In this document: positions 62,768 through 64,000 of the stretch, in pieces
How the letters are laid out: each line of letters starts with the position of its first letter
Numbering within the stretch: the stretch's first letter is position 1
Origin: a bacterium
Lineage (GTDB): Bacteria > JAHJDO01
Assembly: GCA_030652805.1 (NCBI GenBank)
Contig: JAUSPT010000100.1
Location: forward strand, 8,378-72,377
Direction of reading: 5' to 3'
Length of the DNA stretch: 64,000 nt
Position numbers and translations under genes: made by a program
The notes under the pieces: model-generated
Seen by the model: only the letters and a program-made list of their open reading frames with translations
What the model was told of the DNA's origin: nothing
The model's database searches: none

Positions 62768-63722
62768 TACTATCCTTTGCCAGCATTGCTGAGCCTATTA
62801 TACCTGCTTCCTCACCAAGCTGGGTGTGAACGATCTGGATTTTTTCTGCAAGGAAGGGAAAAACTCGTTCTTTAATCATATCTCTAAGTGGGTCAAAGAG
62901 ATATTTGCCAGCATTAGCTATCCCGCCACCAATTACTATTATCTCAGGGTCCAGAAAATTTATAATGCCAGTAAGTGCAGTTGCCAGATATTGGGCAGTT
63001 TCTTTCCATATTTCAATTGCGAGCATATCTCCCACTGCTGCAGCTTCATAAACAATCTTGGGTGTTACTTTCTTCATATCTCCCTCAACTAGTTTTGGAA
63101 TTATGCTTTCTTTTCTCTGCATGAGTTTTTCAATGGTTCTTTTTATGATTCTATCTCTGCCAATATAACTTTCAAGGCATGCAATGCCGCCACACATACA
63201 TCCTGGGCCATCCACATTTACTGGTATATGTCCGATTTCTCCTGCACTGAGTGAGCTGCCGCGATAAATTCCACCATTTATTATTATTCCTCCACCAACA
63301 CCTGTTCCCAGAGTCAGGCATATGACATTTTTTGCCCCTCTTGCTGCTCCACATTTTAACTCGCCATAGGCCATGGCATTAACATCATTATCAATAAATG
63401 TTGGAATATCTAAAGCAACCTCAACATATTCCTTCATATGCACATTCTCAAATCCTTCAATATTTGTTACTCCACGGACTATTCCTTTTTCGCTATCTAC
63501 AAGGCCTGGTGTTCCTATTCCAATGCCCATAATTTCTGAGTTTGTTTTATTTGCTTTTTTTATAACGTCCTCAATACATTTGACTATCTGTTTCAGAACA
63601 ACATCTTTGTTTTCTCCCGTAGAGATACTCAATTTGTCAATGATTTTTCCATTTGCATTTAATATAGCTGTATTGAGATTTGTTCCTCCAAGGTCTACGC
63701 CAATTAAAAAAGGTTTGTTCAT
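62754..63722 (-). CDS. ROK-family sugar kinase (glucokinase-like)
   Basis: IGVDLGGTN, GTGVGGG, ROK zinc motif CMCGGIACLE. Confidence 0.8.
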   Translation of the reverse strand: MNKPFLIGVDLGGTNLNTAILNANGKIIDKLSISTGENKDVVLKQIVKCIEDVIKKANKTNSEIMGIGIGTPGLVDSEKGIVRGVTNIEGFENVHMKEYVEVALDIPTFIDNDVNAMAYGELKCGAARGAKNVICLTLGTGVGGGIIINGGIYRGSSLSAGEIGHIPVNVDGPGCMCGGIACLESYIGRDRIIKRTIEKLMQRKESIIPKLVEGDMKKVTPKIVYEAAAVGDMLAIEIWKETAQYLATALTGIINFLDPEIIVIGGGIANAGKYLFDPLRDMIKERVFPFLAEKIQIVHTQLGEEAGIIGSAMLAKDSIIYL

Positions 63723-64000
63723 ATTTTCTTATATCTAAAGTGAACGGCAAACTGGATAATAATACAAATAATCATAAAAATTACACACATGGAATATGCT
63801 CCGGATGCAGAGAATATTTTTGCTATAATTCCGCCCAGAAATGTTCCCAGCAAGCTTCCACTGGCTAATATCGCTTCATGAAAACCTGTTTTTTCGCTTT
63901 TTTCGCTTCGCGCTTGTGAACTGTAAAATAAACTTGAAGAATATAAAAAGCCAACAGTTACTCCTATTAGAGAGAAAGCTAATGTCCACAAGATAATATT
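63719..64000 (-). CDS. membrane transporter fragment (MFS-like C-terminus); the 5' end lies outside the window
   Basis: A hydrophobic ORF runs to the window edge, and its stop overlaps the ROK start by 4 nt. Confidence 0.4.
   Translation of the reverse strand, partial: NIILWTLAFSLIGVTVGFLYSSSLFYSSQARSEKSEKTGFHEAILASGSLLGTFLGGIIAKIFSASGAYSMCVIFMIICIIIQFAVHFRYKKI

Overview
This is a low-GC bacterial chromosome segment. It holds about 75 protein genes and 4 tRNAs (Pro-CGG, Gln-CTG, Glu-CTC, Arg-CCG). I found no rRNA, CRISPR array, integrase or transposase. A DUF1559/H-X9-DG prepilin-like protein, the DapL route to DAP, giant glycoside-hydrolase-like ORFs and GC-rich hairpin repeats suggest an uncultivated PVC-superphylum organism such as an Omnitrophota or Planctomycetota relative; this is inference only. 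Most of the window is housekeeping: accA, def, yggS, pcm, trxB/trxA, coaD, typA, priA, gcvT-H-PA, murD-ftsW-murG, dapL-dapF, rluB, galU and larB.

Accessory or unusual content, strongest candidates first:
1. An 8 kb defence island (11.7-19.8 kb). It holds RhuM, a three-gene type IIS R-M cassette and a single-polypeptide ABC-ATPase + DUF4435/Toprim-like protein (fused PARIS-like or OLD-like). The cassette is a RadC/JAB domain fused to a FokI-type D12 methyltransferase, an AlwI/BstNBI-family endonuclease and a DpnA-like beta-class methyltransferase. A perfect 27-nt inverted repeat and clusters of GC-rich hairpin repeats bracket the block.
2. A stand-alone homologue of the archaeal chromatin protein MC1, directly after tRNA-Pro.
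3. A glycan-utilisation-like locus (36.5-51.2 kb) in which a nearly invariant 28-nt motif precedes three minus-strand transcription units.
4. A tightly overlapping trxB / 2Fe-2S-ASKHA (RACo-like) / trxA / radical SAM / radical SAM / coaD gene string.
5. A 39-nt module shared by the 5' ends of typA and priA, flanking a Doc toxin-antitoxin pair.

All family assignments come from reading motifs and from remembered family sequences. No searches were run.
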